DNA from: Eledone cirrhosa
Taxonomy: Eukaryota
Direction: 5' to 3'
NCBI GenBank assembly: GCA_964016885.1
Contig: OZ024748.1
Location: 31,310,001-31,374,000, forward strand
DNA length: 64,000 nucleotides
Below the pieces are notes generated by a model, which was given only the letters and a program-made list of their open reading frames with translations, was not told where the DNA came from and did not search any database. This document shows, one piece after another, positions 1-16,452 of this stretch. Within the stretch, counting starts at the first letter, position 1. Every line of letters begins with the position of its first letter. A program made the position numbers and the translations under genes.

Positions 1-2356
1 TAAAAAAATCAAATTGTAATTTGATTTTATTGCATTTTGAGATTTACTTCTGCTTTTTTTCTGTTAAAAGTCAATCGTCATTCGTTGAAGGCATTTTTGA
101 AGTAAATGATTTTTGAAGTAAATGATTTCAAAAATGCCTTCAAAAGAAATCAAGAACGCAGATTGACTTTTAACAGAAAAACGTAAAAAAATAAAGGGAA
201 AAGTAAATCGTAAAATGCAATGAAATCAATTTACAATTTAATTTTTTATCACCTTAGTAAATATTTCGAAAAATGTAAGAATATGACTTTTTAACAAAAA
301 ACGTAAAAATACAAAAAACGTAATCAATGTATAAACGCATTCATTTTCTGTAAAAGCAGAAGTAAATATTTCCCAAAATTTGAAATCAGAAAGTAAATAT
401 TTCGATAGATTTCGAAAGTAATCATGTTGTGTTCAAAAATTGATTTCACCGACTGTAAAAATTTCGAAATCATTTTCGAAATACTGTGTAAAAAGATGAA
501 TTTGTGAAGGAATATTGAATCTTCTTTGAGAGACCTAAAATAATCAATTTTTTAATACTTTTCGAAATATTTACTAAGGTTATATAACCTTAGTAAATAT
601 TTCGAAAAGTATAAAAAAATTTGACATTTTTCGAAATATTTACTAAGGTGTAAAAAAAATCAAATTGTTATATTTTTACATTTTTCGAAATATTTATTTA
701 CTAAGGTGTAAAAAAATCAATTACGTTTTTTGTATACTTTTCGAAATATTTACTAAGGTTATATAACCTTAGTAGATATTTCGAAAAGTATTAAAAAAAT
801 TTGACATTTTTCGAAATATTTACTAAGGTGTAAAAAAATCAAATTGTCAGAAAATGAATGCGTTTACACATTGATTACTTTTTTTGTATTTTTACGTTTA
901 TTTTGTTAAAAAGTCATATTTTTAGAAATATCTACTAAGGTGTAAAAAAATCAAATTGTCAGAAAATGAATACGTTTATACATTGATTACGTTTTTTGTA
1001 TTTTTACATATTTCGAAATATTTACTGTGTAAATAAGTCAAATTGTAAATTGATTTTATTGCATTTTACGATTTACTTCTGCTTTTACTTTTTTTAAGTT
1101 TTTCTGTTAAAAGTCAATCTGCATTCTTTGAAGGCATTTTTGAAGTAAATGATTTTTGAAGTAAATGATTTCAAAAATGCCTTCAAAAGAAATCAAGAAC
1201 GCAGATTTACTTTTAACAGAAAAACGTAAAAAAAAGTAAAGGGAAAACTAAATCGTAAAATGCAATAGAATCAATTTACAATTTGATTTTTTTTCACCTT
1301 AGTAAATATTTCGAAAATGTAAATATATGACTTTTTAACAAAAATCGTAAAAATACAATAAACGCATTCATTTTCTGTAAAAGCAGAAGTAAATATTTCC
1401 CAAAATTTGAAATCAGAAAGTAAATATTTCGAAAGATTTCGAAAGTAATCATTTTGTGTTCAAAAATTGATTTCACCGACTGTAAAAATTTCGAAATCAT
1501 TTTCGAAATACTGTGTAAAAAGATCAATTTGTGAAGGAATATTGAATCTTCTTTGAGAGAGCTAAAATAATCAATTTTTTAATACCTTTTGAAATATTTA
1601 CTAAGGTTATATAACCTTAGTAAATATTTCGAAAAGTATAAAAAAATTTGACATTTTTCGAAATATTTACTAAGGTGTAAAAAAATCAAATTGTTATATT
1701 TTTACATTTATTGAAATATTTACTAAGGTGTAAAAAAATCAAATTGTCAGAAAATGAATGCGTTTATACATTGATTACGTTTTTTGTATTTTTACGTTTT
1801 TTGTTAAAAAGTCATATATTTACATATTTCGAAATATTTACTTAATATTTATTTAAAAAAATCAAATTGTAATTTGATTTTATTGCATTTTACGATTTAC
1901 TTCTGCTTTTTTTTTCTGTTAAAAGTCAATCTTCATTCGTTGAAGGCATTTTTGAAGTAAATGATTTTTTAAGTAAATGATTTCAAAAATGCCTTCAAAA
2001 GAAATCAAGAACGCAGATTGACTTTTAACAGAAAAACGTAAAAATATAAAGGGAAAAGTAAATCGTAAAATGCAATAATTTACAATTTGATTTTTTTTCA
2101 CCTTAGTAAATATTTCGAAAAATGTAAAAATACAAACGTAAATACAAAAAACGTAATCAATGTATAAACGCATTCATTTTCTGTAAAAGCAGAAGTAAAT
2201 ATTTCCCAAAATTTGCAATTGGAAAGTAAATATTTCGTAAATATACGTTTTTTGTATTTTTACGTTTTTTTTGTTAAAAAGTCATATTTTTCGAAATATC
2301 TACTAAGGTGTAAAAAAATCAAATTGTCAGAAAATGAATGCGTTGTAAATTTGTGA
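1..2356. repeat. AT-rich nested-palindrome (foldback-like) satellite block, copy 1 (runs off window start)
   Basis: ~0.87-1.03 kb internal sub-repeats; perfect 58-bp palindrome at 555-612; long imperfect inverted arms centred near 115, 1157 and 1969. Confidence 0.85.
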
Positions 2357-2558
2357 TTTTGTATAACCGCAGATGCTCGCACAAATTTATCCAATTACCA
2401 CATATAATTTCTGTATAAAACTCCCATTTATTGTACAAATATATATACTGATAAAAATTATAAAACCTCTATATTAAATCCTATTTAATAACATAATATA
2501 TTATATTTAAATTATAAATATATTAAATAAATAATCTAAATATATAAATATATAATCA

Positions 2559-2608
<50 letters not shown>

Positions 2609-2660
2609 CTAACATGTATAAAATTACAAAAATTAAAAACAAACCAAAGTCAAATTTAAA

Positions 2661-3070
2661 TAATAAAGAGATATAAATATATCCATTTTCGAGGTATGAA
2701 CCCAACAGCTTACTTTATTATAAAGTTTCAACAAAAATGTATTTTTAAATTTGCAATTTAATATTTTAATATAAATTATAAAACTTATAAATAGATTTAC
2801 AATCTACCGACTAAATTATTTCGACCACCTCATACAGAATTTAACAACAAATATTTATTTTAAATTTTGAAAATTTACAGTTTATTTTAACTTTAAACTC
2901 TTTACAAAAGATCAAAATTTTACATGCCCATACACCAAATTATATTATTTTATTTAACATTATATCTAAACCTAATTATACTATTTATACTAATAAAATA
3001 TATATTCAATAAATTATTAAAATTCATCCCTAAAAATTGAAAATCTTTCGTGCCCATTACACCATAAGAA
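2661..3070 (-). pseudogene. NUMT tRNA cluster M-C-Y-W-Q-G-E, deleted copy (others start near 5406 partial, 7902, 10626 partial, 13123, 15915, 18670, 20930)
   Basis: Anticodon arms recognisable on the minus strand; colinear with the fuller copy at 24566-25033. Confidence 0.88.
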
Positions 3071-3087
3071 CCCTTAAATAAAATCCA

Positions 3088-3168
<81 letters not shown>

Positions 3169-3346
3169 TATTTACAATTATTATTATTATTAATATATAC
3201 TTCCTAATTTTATATTTTTTTGATTATTTATAATCAAAAAAATAATAACCATAAAATAACTTTGAAATATTTTCCTAAAAATATCATCCCTAAAAATTGA
3301 AAATCTTTCGTGCCCATTACACCATAAGAACCCTTAAATAAAATCC

Positions 3347-3429
<83 letters not shown>

Positions 3430-4077
3430 TATTTATTATATAAACATTTACAATTATTATTATTATTATTAATTTTATATAAAAAAATATATATTAATTT
3501 ATAAAGACCAATTATAAATTAACTACAAAATTAAATCTATATTATTTTTAAATAATATATAAGTATAAAACAACCAAAAATTAATTATATATGTATCTAT
3601 ACTCGATACGAACGAAATTTATAAATCCCAGTATATATATATATATATTTTTTGATATATAAATTAACTTATTGAAGAAAAATCAATTAATCTAACTAAC
3701 CTGAGGCAGATCTTGTTATAATACCAGAGGCACAGGCCCCAATATTCAATTTATTAAATAAATATTATTATATGATAAATTAAAGTACTTTTATAAGTTA
3801 TCATAATTAAAATACATTATAACTATATACTTACGGATTTATTTATAAAACAAATAATAATAATTAAATAATAATAAATTTATTAATATCTTAGTATAAA
3901 TTTGTTATTTAAAACAATTTTATTTAAAAGCAGGGATACAAATATAGGTTATAACGTATAAAATTTATTTATTTAAAAGCAGGGATACAAATATATTTGT
4001 ATAATAATCATATATAATTTAATTAATTAAATAAAATTTAATTTAAAAATAATATTAATTTAGATTTAATGATAATA
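3071..4077. other. NUMT control region copy 1 (others ~8330-9298, 13550-14576, 16357-17169, 19140-20047, 21338-23197, 25034-26392)
   Basis: AT-rich non-coding sequence after trnE with (TA)n; the last copy runs into the cox3 ATG. Confidence 0.85.
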
Positions 4078-4510
4078 AAAGAATAGAATTTTATTCCACT
4101 TTACAAGAAGCTTTTCCCCCAAATATATATTAAAACCAATTATTAATTATAATTTAATTATAATACACACTCAAATGTCTATATAATAAACTAGCTACCA
4201 TAAAAATCGATACCATTCATTATTAAATATATAACTTAACCACGTTAATAAATCAATATAATAAATAAATCTTCCTATTTCGAGAACCTAATATTTATTT
4301 ATTAATATTATTAATCTATTATACAAAAGATACAATCATTAATATTTACTATACATTAATTTTTTTAAACACCCTTTTCAGTACAATCAATTTTAACATG
4401 CTTCTAACCCTCTATTTAAATTTTTTAATCTAAACTATTTATATAACTATATTATTAACATTCAAAAATAATTAAATCAATAAATATTTTCTCAACGTAA
4501 GTGTTAATTC

Positions 4511-5405
4511 TTGTACTTTATTATATAAATCCAGAAACAATTTCTATTTCTTATCTAAATAACAAGAGTGACGGGCGATATGTACACCCTACAAAACCAT
4601 TATTCACATATACACACTAATTAAAAATTACTATTAAGTTCACCTTTCTATAAAAATATATAATTTTAAATCCGGAACAAAATAAAATTAACTATAGTAG
4701 CTCATTAAACCTTTTTTATAAGCTGCATAATAATTTAAATATTTTCTAGTCTTTTAACATAATTCTTAAAACATAAACTGACGACAGCAATATACAAACT
4801 GAACTTATATACAATTTCAAAAAAAGTTAGTTTAAATTGAGGATTATCAAATAAATTAACAAGCTCCCCTAATTGGATATGTAGAACCGCCAAACTTTTT
4901 AAGTTTTAAATAAACACGTAATCTTATAAAAGTAAACATAATTCATAATACTCAGGTAAAATAACTTTATTTTTACAAATCAAAATAATAGGGTATCTAA
5001 TCCTAGTTTATTATTGAATTTTCAAAGCATTTATAATAAAGGAAACAAAAAAAACCAATGAAATTTTATATATAAATTTTACCTAAAAACTCATTATAAT
5101 CTTTCGTCATAAATAATATTATATTACTTTATTTTCAACCAAATCTTTTTAATCTTAATTATTTGTATAACCGCAGATGCTGGACCAAACTTATCCAATT
5201 ACCACATATAATTTCTGTATAAAACTCCCATTTATTGTGCAAATATATATACTGATAAAAATTATAAAACCTCTATATTATCCTATTTAATAAGATAATA
5301 TATTATATTTAAATTATAATTATATTAAATAAATAATCTAAATATATTAATATATAATCAACGTTATATATATATAATTAAAAACAAACCAAAGTCAAAT
5401 TTAAA
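4511..5405 (-). pseudogene. rrnS: mt 12S rRNA NUMT copy
   Basis: AAGAGTGACGGGCGATATGT, AGGGTATCTAATCCTAGTTT and TAACCGCAGATGCTGG conserved 12S motifs (reverse complement). Confidence 0.93.
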
Positions 5406-5596
5406 TAATAAAGAGATATAAATATATCCATTTTCGAGGTATGAACCCAACAGCTTTTTTAGCTTACTTTATTATAAAGTTTCAACAAAAATGTATTTTT
5501 AAATTTGCAATTTAATATTTTAATATAATAAATTATAAAACTTATAAATAGATTTACAATCTACCGACTAAATTATTTCGACCAACTCATACAGAA

Positions 5597-7599
5597 TAGT
5601 AAATGATTTTTGAAGTAAATGATTTCAAAATTGCCTTTAAAAGAAATCAAGAACGCAGATTGACTTTTAACAGAAAAACGTAAAAAAAGTAAAGGAAAAA
5701 GTAAATCGTAAAACTAAAAACGCAAAAATACAATAAACGCATTCATTTTCTGTAAAAGCAAAATTAAATATTTCCCAAAATTTGAAATCAGAAAGTAAAT
5801 ATTTCGAAAGATTTCGAAAGTAATCGTTTTGTGTTCAAAAATTGATTTCACCGACTGTAAAAATTTCGAAATCATTTTCGAAATACTCTGTAAAAAGATC
5901 AATTTGTGAAGGAATATTGAATCTTCTTTGAGAGACCTAAAATAATCAATTTTTTAATACTTTTCGAAATATTTACTAAGGTTATATAACCTTAGTAAAT
6001 ATTTCGAAAAGTATAAAAAAATTTGACATTTTTCGAAATATTTACTAAGGTGTGAAAAAATCAAATTGTCAGAAAATGAATGCGTTTACACATTGATTAC
6101 GTTTTTTGTATTTTTACGTTTATTTTGTTAAAAAGTCATACTTTTCGAAATATCTACTAAGGTGTAAAAATATCAAATTGTCAGAAAATGAATGCGTTTA
6201 TACATTGATTACGTTTTTTGTATTTTTACGTTAAAAAGTCATATTTTTACATATTTCGAAATATTTACTGTGTAAATAAGTCAAATTGTAAATTGATTTT
6301 ATTGCATTTTACGATTTACTTCTGCTTTTACTTTTTTTAAGTTTTTCTGTTAAAAGTCAATCTGCATTCTTTGAAGGCATTTTTGAAGTAAATGATTTTT
6401 GAAGTAAATGATTTCAAAAATGCCTTCAAAAGAAATCAAGAACGCAGATTTACTTTTAACAGAAAAACGTAAAAAAAAGTAAAGGGAAAACTAAATCGTA
6501 AAATGCAATAGAATCAATTTACAATTTGATTTTTTTTCACCTTAGTAAATATTTCGAAAATGTAAATATATGACTTTTTAACAAAAATCGTAAAAATACA
6601 ATAAACGCATTCATTTTCTGTAAAAGCAGAAGTAAATATTTCCCAAAATTTGAAATCAGAAAGTAAATATTTCGAAAGATTTCGAAAGTAATCATTTTGT
6701 GTTCAAAAATTGATTTCACCGACTGTAAAAATTTCGAAATCATTTTCGAAATACTGTGTAAAAAGATCAATTTGTGAAGGAATATTGAATCTTCTTTGAG
6801 AGAGCTAAAATAATCAATTTTTTAATACCTTTTGAAATATTTACTAAGGTTATATAACCTTAGTAAATATTTCGAAAAGTATAAAAAAATTTGACATTTT
6901 TCGAAATATTTACTAAGGTGTAAAAAAATCAAATTGTTATATTTTTACATTTATTGAAATATTTACTAAGGTGTAAAAAAATCAAATTGTCAGAAAATGA
7001 ATGCGTTTATACATTGATTACGTTTTTTGTATTTTTACGTTTTTTGTTAAAAAGTCATATATTTACATATTTCGAAATATTTACTTAATATTTATTTAAA
7101 AAAATCAAATTGTAATTTGATTTTATTGCATTTTACGATTTACTTCTGCTTTTTTTTTCTGTTAAAAGTCAATCTTCATTCGTTGAAGGCATTTTTGAAG
7201 TAAATGATTTTTGAAGTAAATGATTTCAAAAATGCCTTCAAAAGAAATCAAGAACGCAGATTGACTTTTAACAGAAAAACGTAAAAATATAAAGGGAAAA
7301 GTAAATCGTAAAATGCAATAATTTACAATTTGATTTTTTTTCACCTTAGTAAATATTTCGAAAAATGTAAAAATACAAACGTAAATACAAAAAACGTAAT
7401 CAATGTATAAACGCATTCATTTTCTGTAAAAGCAGAAGTAAATATTTCCCAAAATTTGCAATTGGAAAGTAAATATTTCGTAAATATACGTTTTTTGTAT
7501 TTTTACGTTTTTTTTGTTAAAAAGTCATATTTTTCGAAATATCTACTAAGGTGTAAAAAAATCAAATTGTCAGAAAATGAATGCGTTGTAAATTTGTGA
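5597..7599. repeat. Nested-palindrome block, copy 2
   Basis: Same motifs as 1-2356; begins right after trnY/start of trnW. Confidence 0.88.
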
Positions 7600-7801
7600 T
7601 TTTGTATAACCGCAGATGCTCGCACAAATTTATCCAATTACCACATATAATTTCTGTATAAAACTCCCATTTATTGTACAAATATATATACTGATAAAAA
7701 TTATAAAACCTCTATATTAAATCCTATTTAATAACATAATATATTATATTTAAATTATAAATATATTAAATAAATAATCTAAATATATAAATATATAATC
7801 A

Positions 7802-7849
<48 letters not shown>

Positions 7850-8341
7850 CTAACATGTATAAAATTACAAAAATTAAAAACAAACCAAAGTCAAATTTAA
7901 ATAATAAAGAGATATAAATATATCCATTTTCGAGGTATGAACCCAACAGCTTACTTTATTATAAAGTTTCAACAAAAATGTATTTTTAAATTTGCAATTT
8001 AATATTTTAATATAAATTATAAAACTTATAAATAGATTTACAATCTACCGACTAAATTATTTCGACCACCTCATACAGAATTTAACAACAAATATTTATT
8101 TTAAATTTTGAAAATTTACAGTTTATTTTAACTTTAAACTCTTTACAAAAGATCAAAATTTTACATGCCCATACACCAAATTATATTATTTTATTTAACA
8201 TTATATCTAAACCTATTATTTGGAAAATAATTATACTATTTATACTAATAAAATATATATTCAATAAATTATTAAAATTCATCCCTAAAAATTGAAAATC
8301 TTTCGTGCCCATTACACCATAAGAACCCTTAAATAAAATCC

Positions 8342-8388
<47 letters not shown>

Positions 8389-8566
8389 TATTTACAATTA
8401 TTATTATTATTAATATATACTTCCTAATTTTATATTTTTTTGATTATTTATAATCAAAAAAATAATAACCATAAAATAACTTTGAAATATTTTCCTAAAA
8501 ATATCATCCCTAAAAATTGAAAATCTTTCGTGCCCATTACACCATAAGAACCCTTAAATAAAATCC

Positions 8567-8671
<105 letters not shown>

Positions 8672-9731
8672 TATTTATTATATAAACATTTACAATTATT
8701 ATTATTATTATTAATTTTATATAAAAAAATATATATTAATTTATAAAGACCAATTATAAATTAACTACAAAATTAAATCTATATTATTTTTAAATAATAT
8801 ATAAGTATAAAACAACCAAAAATTAATTATATATGTATCTATACTCGATACGAACGAAATTTATAAATCCCAGTATATATATATATATATTTTTTGATAT
8901 ATAAATTAACTTATTGAAGAAAAATCAATTAATCTAACTAACCTGAGGCAGATCTTGCCCCAATATTCAATTTATTAAATAAATATTATTATATGATAAA
9001 TTAAAGTACTTTTATAAGTTATCATAATTAAAATACATTATAACTATATACTTACGGATTTATTTATAAAACAAATAATAATAATTAAATAATAATAAAT
9101 TTATTAATATCTTAGTATAAATTTGTTATTTAAAACAATTTTATTTAAAAGCAGGGATACAAATATAGGTTATAACGTATAAAATTTATTTATTTAAAAG
9201 CAGGGATACAAATATATTTGTATAATAATCATATATAATTTAATTAATTAAATAAAATTTAATTTAAAAATAATATTAATTTAGATTTAATGATAATAAA
9301 AGAATAGAATTTTATTCCACTTTACAAGAAGCTTTTCCCCCAAATATATATTAAAACCAATTATTAATTATAATTTAATTATAATACACACTCAAATGTC
9401 TATATAATAAACTAGCTACCATAAAAATCGATACCATTCATTATTAAATATATAACTTAACCACGTTAATAAATCAATATAATAAATAAATCTTCCTATT
9501 TCGAGAACCTAATATTTATTTATTAATATTATTAATCTATTATACAAAAGATACAATCATTAATATTTACTATACATTAATTTTTTTAAACACCCTTTTC
9601 AGTACAATCAATTTTAACATGCTTCTAACCCTCTATTTAAATTTTTTAATCTAAACTATTTATATAACTATATTATTAACATTCAAAAATAATTAAATCA
9701 ATAAATATTTTCTCAACGTAAGTGTTAATTC

Positions 9732-10625
9732 TTGTACTTTATTATATAAATCCAGAAACAATTTCTATTTCTTATCTAAATAACAAGAGTGACGGGCGAT
9801 ATGTACACCCTACAAAACCATTATTCACATATACACACTAATTAAAAATTACTATTAAGTTCACCTTTCTATAAAAATATATAATTTTAAATCCGGAACA
9901 AAATAAAATTAACTATAGTAGCTCATTAAACCTTTTTTATAAGCTGCATAATAATTTAAATATTTTCTAGTCTTTTAACATAATTCTTAAAACATAAACT
10001 GACGACAGCAATATACAAACTGAACTTATATACAATTTCAAAAAAAGTTAGTTTAAATTGAGGATTATCAAATAAATTAACAAGCTCCCCTAATTGGATA
10101 TGTAGAACCGCCAAACTTTTTAAGTTTTAAATAAACACGTAATCTTATAAAAGTAAACATAATTCATAATACTCAGGTAAAATAACTTTATTTTTACAAA
10201 TCAAAATAATAGGGTATCTAATCCTAGTTTATTATTGAATTTTCAAAGCATTTATAATAAAGGAAACAAAAAAAACCAATGAAATTTTATATATAAATTT
10301 TACCTAAAAACTCATTATAATCTTTCGTCATAAATAATATTATATTACTTTATTTTCAACCAAATCTTTTTAATCTTAATTATTTGTATAACCGCAGATG
10401 CTGGACCAAACTTATCCAATTACCACATATAATTTCTGTATAAAACTCCCATTTATTGTGCAAATATATATACTGATAAAAATTATAAAACCTCTATATT
10501 ATCCTATTTAATAAGATAATATATTATATTTAAATTATAATTATATTAAATAAATAATCTAAATATATTAATATATAATCAACGTTATATATATATAATT
10601 AAAAACAAACCAAAGTCAAATTTAA
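9732..10625 (-). pseudogene. rrnS: mt 12S rRNA NUMT copy
   Basis: Near-identical to 4511-5405. Confidence 0.92.
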
Positions 10626-10817
10626 ATAATAAAGAGATATAAATATATCCATTTTCGAGGTATGAACCCAACAGCTTTTTTAGCTTACTTTATTATAAAG
10701 TTTCAACAAAAATGTATTTTTAAATTTGCAATTTAATATTTTAATATAATAAATTATAAAACTTATAAATAGATTTACAATCTACCGACTAAATTATTTC
10801 GACCAACTCATACAGAA

Positions 10818-12820
10818 TAGTAAATGATTTTTGAAGTAAATGATTTCAAAATTGCCTTTAAAAGAAATCAAGAACGCAGATTGACTTTTAACAGAAAAAC
10901 GTAAAAAAAGTAAAGGAAAAAGTAAATCGTAAAACTAAAAACGCAAAAATACAATAAACGCATTCATTTTCTGTAAAAGCAAAATTAAATATTTCCCAAA
11001 ATTTGAAATCAGAAAGTAAATATTTCGAAAGATTTCGAAAGTAATCGTTTTGTGTTCAAAAATTGATTTCACCGACTGTAAAAATTTCGAAATCATTTTC
11101 GAAATACTCTGTAAAAAGATCAATTTGTGAAGGAATATTGAATCTTCTTTGAGAGACCTAAAATAATCAATTTTTTAATACTTTTCGAAATATTTACTAA
11201 GGTTATATAACCTTAGTAAATATTTCGAAAAGTATAAAAAAATTTGACATTTTTCGAAATATTTACTAAGGTGTGAAAAAATCAAATTGTCAGAAAATGA
11301 ATGCGTTTACACATTGATTACGTTTTTTGTATTTTTACGTTTATTTTGTTAAAAAGTCATACTTTTCGAAATATCTACTAAGGTGTAAAAATATCAAATT
11401 GTCAGAAAATGAATGCGTTTATACATTGATTACGTTTTTTGTATTTTTACGTTAAAAAGTCATATTTTTACATATTTCGAAATATTTACTGTGTAAATAA
11501 GTCAAATTGTAAATTGATTTTATTGCATTTTACGATTTACTTCTGCTTTTACTTTTTTTAAGTTTTTCTGTTAAAAGTCAATCTGCATTCTTTGAAGGCA
11601 TTTTTGAAGTAAATGATTTTTGAAGTAAATGATTTCAAAAATGCCTTCAAAAGAAATCAAGAACGCAGATTTACTTTTAACAGAAAAACGTAAAAAAAAG
11701 TAAAGGGAAAACTAAATCGTAAAATGCAATAGAATCAATTTACAATTTGATTTTTTTTCACCTTAGTAAATATTTCGAAAATGTAAATATATGACTTTTT
11801 AACAAAAATCGTAAAAATACAATAAACGCATTCATTTTCTGTAAAAGCAGAAGTAAATATTTCCCAAAATTTGAAATCAGAAAGTAAATATTTCGAAAGA
11901 TTTCGAAAGTAATCATTTTGTGTTCAAAAATTGATTTCACCGACTGTAAAAATTTCGAAATCATTTTCGAAATACTGTGTAAAAAGATCAATTTGTGAAG
12001 GAATATTGAATCTTCTTTGAGAGAGCTAAAATAATCAATTTTTTAATACCTTTTGAAATATTTACTAAGGTTATATAACCTTAGTAAATATTTCGAAAAG
12101 TATAAAAAAATTTGACATTTTTCGAAATATTTACTAAGGTGTAAAAAAATCAAATTGTTATATTTTTACATTTATTGAAATATTTACTAAGGTGTAAAAA
12201 AATCAAATTGTCAGAAAATGAATGCGTTTATACATTGATTACGTTTTTTGTATTTTTACGTTTTTTGTTAAAAAGTCATATATTTACATATTTCGAAATA
12301 TTTACTTAATATTTATTTAAAAAAATCAAATTGTAATTTGATTTTATTGCATTTTACGATTTACTTCTGCTTTTTTTTTCTGTTAAAAGTCAATCTTCAT
12401 TCGTTGAAGGCATTTTTGAAGTAAATGATTTTTGAAGTAAATGATTTCAAAAATGCCTTCAAAAGAAATCAAGAACGCAGATTGACTTTTAACAGAAAAA
12501 CGTAAAAATATAAAGGGAAAAGTAAATCGTAAAATGCAATAATTTACAATTTGATTTTTTTTCACCTTAGTAAATATTTCGAAAAATGTAAAAATACAAA
12601 CGTAAATACAAAAAACGTAATCAATGTATAAACGCATTCATTTTCTGTAAAAGCAGAAGTAAATATTTCCCAAAATTTGCAATTGGAAAGTAAATATTTC
12701 GTAAATATACGTTTTTTGTATTTTTACGTTTTTTTTGTTAAAAAGTCATATTTTTCGAAATATCTACTAAGGTGTAAAAAAATCAAATTGTCAGAAAATG
12801 AATGCGTTGTAAATTTGTGA
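10818..12820. repeat. Nested-palindrome block, copy 3
   Basis: Near-identical to 5597-7599. Confidence 0.88.
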
Positions 12821-13022
12821 TTTTGTATAACCGCAGATGCTCGCACAAATTTATCCAATTACCACATATAATTTCTGTATAAAACTCCCATTTATTGTAC
12901 AAATATATATACTGATAAAAATTATAAAACCTCTATATTAAATCCTATTTAATAACATAATATATTATATTTAAATTATAAATATATTAAATAAATAATC
13001 TAAATATATAAATATATAATCA

Positions 13023-13070
<48 letters not shown>

Positions 13071-13563
13071 CTAACATGTATAAAATTACAAAAATTAAAA
13101 ACAAACCAAAGTCAAATTTAAATAATAAAGAGATATAAATATATCCATTTTCGAGGTATGAACCCAACAGCTTACTTTATTATAAAGTTTCAACAAAAAT
13201 GTATTTTTAAATTTGCAATTTAATATTTTAATATAAATTATAAAACTTATAAATAGATTTACAATCTACCGACTAAATTATTTCGACCACCTCATACAGA
13301 ATTTAACAACAAATATTTATTTTAAATTTTGAAAATTTACAGTTTATTTTAACTTTAAACTCTTTACAAAAGATCAAAATTTTACATGCCCATACACCAA
13401 ATTATATTATTTTATTTAACATTATATCTAAACCTATTATTTGGAAAATAATTATACTATTTATACTAATAAAATATATATTCAATAAATTATTAAAATT
13501 CATCCCTAAAAATTGAAAATCTTTCGTGCCCATTACACCATAAGAACCCTTAAATAAAATCCA

Positions 13564-13664
<101 letters not shown>

Positions 13665-13842
13665 TATTTACAATTATTATTATTATTAATATATACTTCC
13701 TAATTTTATATTTTTTTGATTATTTATAATCAAAAAAATAATAACCATAAAATAACTTTGAAATATTTTCCTAAAAATATCATCCCTAAAAATTGAAAAT
13801 CTTTCGTGCCCATTACACCATAAGAACCCTTAAATAAAATCC

Positions 13843-13949
<107 letters not shown>

Positions 13950-15009
13950 TATTTATTATATAAACATTTACAATTATTATTATTATTATTAATTTTATAT
14001 AAAAAAATATATATTAATTTATAAAGACCAATTATAAATTAACTACAAAATTAAATCTATATTATTTTTAAATAATATATAAGTATAAAACAACCAAAAA
14101 TTAATTATATATGTATCTATACTCGATACGAACGAAATTTATAAATCCCAGTATATATATATATATATTTTTTGATATATAAATTAACTTATTGAAGAAA
14201 AATCAATTAATCTAACTAACCTGAGGCAGATCTTGCCCCAATATTCAATTTATTAAATAAATATTATTATATGATAAATTAAAGTACTTTTATAAGTTAT
14301 CATAATTAAAATACATTATAACTATATACTTACGGATTTATTTATAAAACAAATAATAATAATTAAATAATAATAAATTTATTAATATCTTAGTATAAAT
14401 TTGTTATTTAAAACAATTTTATTTAAAAGCAGGGATACAAATATAGGTTATAACGTATAAAATTTATTTATTTAAAAGCAGGGATACAAATATATTTGTA
14501 TAATAATCATATATAATTTAATTAATTAAATAAAATTTAATTTAAAAATAATATTAATTTAGATTTAATGATAATAAAAGAATAGAATTTTATTCCACTT
14601 TACAAGAAGCTTTTCCCCCAAATATATATTAAAACCAATTATTAATTATAATTTAATTATAATACACACTCAAATGTCTATATAATAAACTAGCTACCAT
14701 AAAAATCGATACCATTCATTATTAAATATATAACTTAACCACGTTAATAAATCAATATAATAAATAAATCTTCCTATTTCGAGAACCTAATATTTATTTA
14801 TTAATATTATTAATCTATTATACAAAAGATACAATCATTAATATTTACTATACATTAATTTTTTTAAACACCCTTTTCAGTACAATCAATTTTAACATGC
14901 TTCTAACCCTCTATTTAAATTTTTTAATCTAAACTATTTATATAACTATATTATTAACATTCAAAAATAATTAAATCAATAAATATTTTCTCAACGTAAG
15001 TGTTAATTC

Positions 15010-15914
15010 TTGTACTTTATTATATAAATCCAGAAACAATTTCTATTTCTTATCTAAATAACAAGAGTGACGGGCGATATGTACACCCTACAAAACCATT
15101 ATTCACATATACACACTAATTAAAAATTACTATTAAGTTCACCTTTCTATAAAAATATATAATTTTAAATCCGGAACAAAATAAAATTAACTATAGTAGC
15201 TCATTAAACCTTTTTTATAAGCTGCATAATAATTTAAATATTTTCTAGTCTTTTAACATAATTCTTAAAACATAAACTGACGACAGCAATATACAAACTG
15301 AACTTATATACAATTTCAAAAAAAGTTAGTTTAAATTGAGGATTATCAAATAAATTAACAAGCTCCCCTAATTGGATATGTAGAACCGCCAAACTTTTTA
15401 AGTTTTAAATAAACACGTAATCTTATAAAAGTAAACATAATTCATAATACTCAGGTAAAATAACTTTATTTTTACAAATCAAAATAATAGGGTATCTAAT
15501 CCTAGTTTATTATTGAATTTTCAAAGCATTTATAATAAAGGAAACAAAAAAAACCAATGAAATTTTATATATAAATTTTACCTAAAAACTCATTATAATC
15601 TTTCCTCATAAATAATATTATATTAATTTATTTTCAACCAAATCTTTTTAATCTTAATTATTTGTATAACCGCAGATGCTGGCACAAATTTATCCAATTA
15701 CCACATATAATTTCTGTGTAATAATTTCTGTATAAGAATTTATTGTACAAATATATATACTGATAAAAATTATAAAACCTCTATATTAAATCCTATTTAA
15801 TAAGATAATATATTATATTTAAATTATAAATATATTAAATAAATAATCTAAATATATAAATATATAATCAACGTTATATATATATAATTAAAAACAAACC
15901 AAAGTCAAATTTAA
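15010..15914 (-). pseudogene. rrnS: mt 12S rRNA NUMT copy
   Basis: Same 12S motifs. Confidence 0.92.
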
Positions 15915-16375
15915 ATAATAAAGAGATATAAATATATCCATTTTCGAGGTATGAACCCAACAGCTTTTTTAGCTTACTTTATTATAAAGTTTCAACAAAA
16001 ATGTATTTTTAAATTTGCAATTTAATATTTTAATATAATAAATTATAAAACTTATAAATAGATTTACAATCTACCGACTAAATTATTTCGACCAACTCAT
16101 ACAGAATTTAAACAACAAATATTTATTTTAAATTTTGAAAATTTACAGTTTATTTTAACTTTAAACTCTTTACAAAAAGATCAAAACTTTACATGCCCAT
16201 ACACCAAATTATATTATTTTATTTAACATTATATCTAAACCTATTATTTGGAAAATAATTATACTATTTATACTAATAAAATATATTCTCAATAAATTAT
16301 TAAAATTCATCCCTAAAAATTGAAAATCTTTCCTGCCCATTACACCATAAGAACCCTTAAATAAAATCCATATTT

Positions 16376-16452
<77 letters not shown>
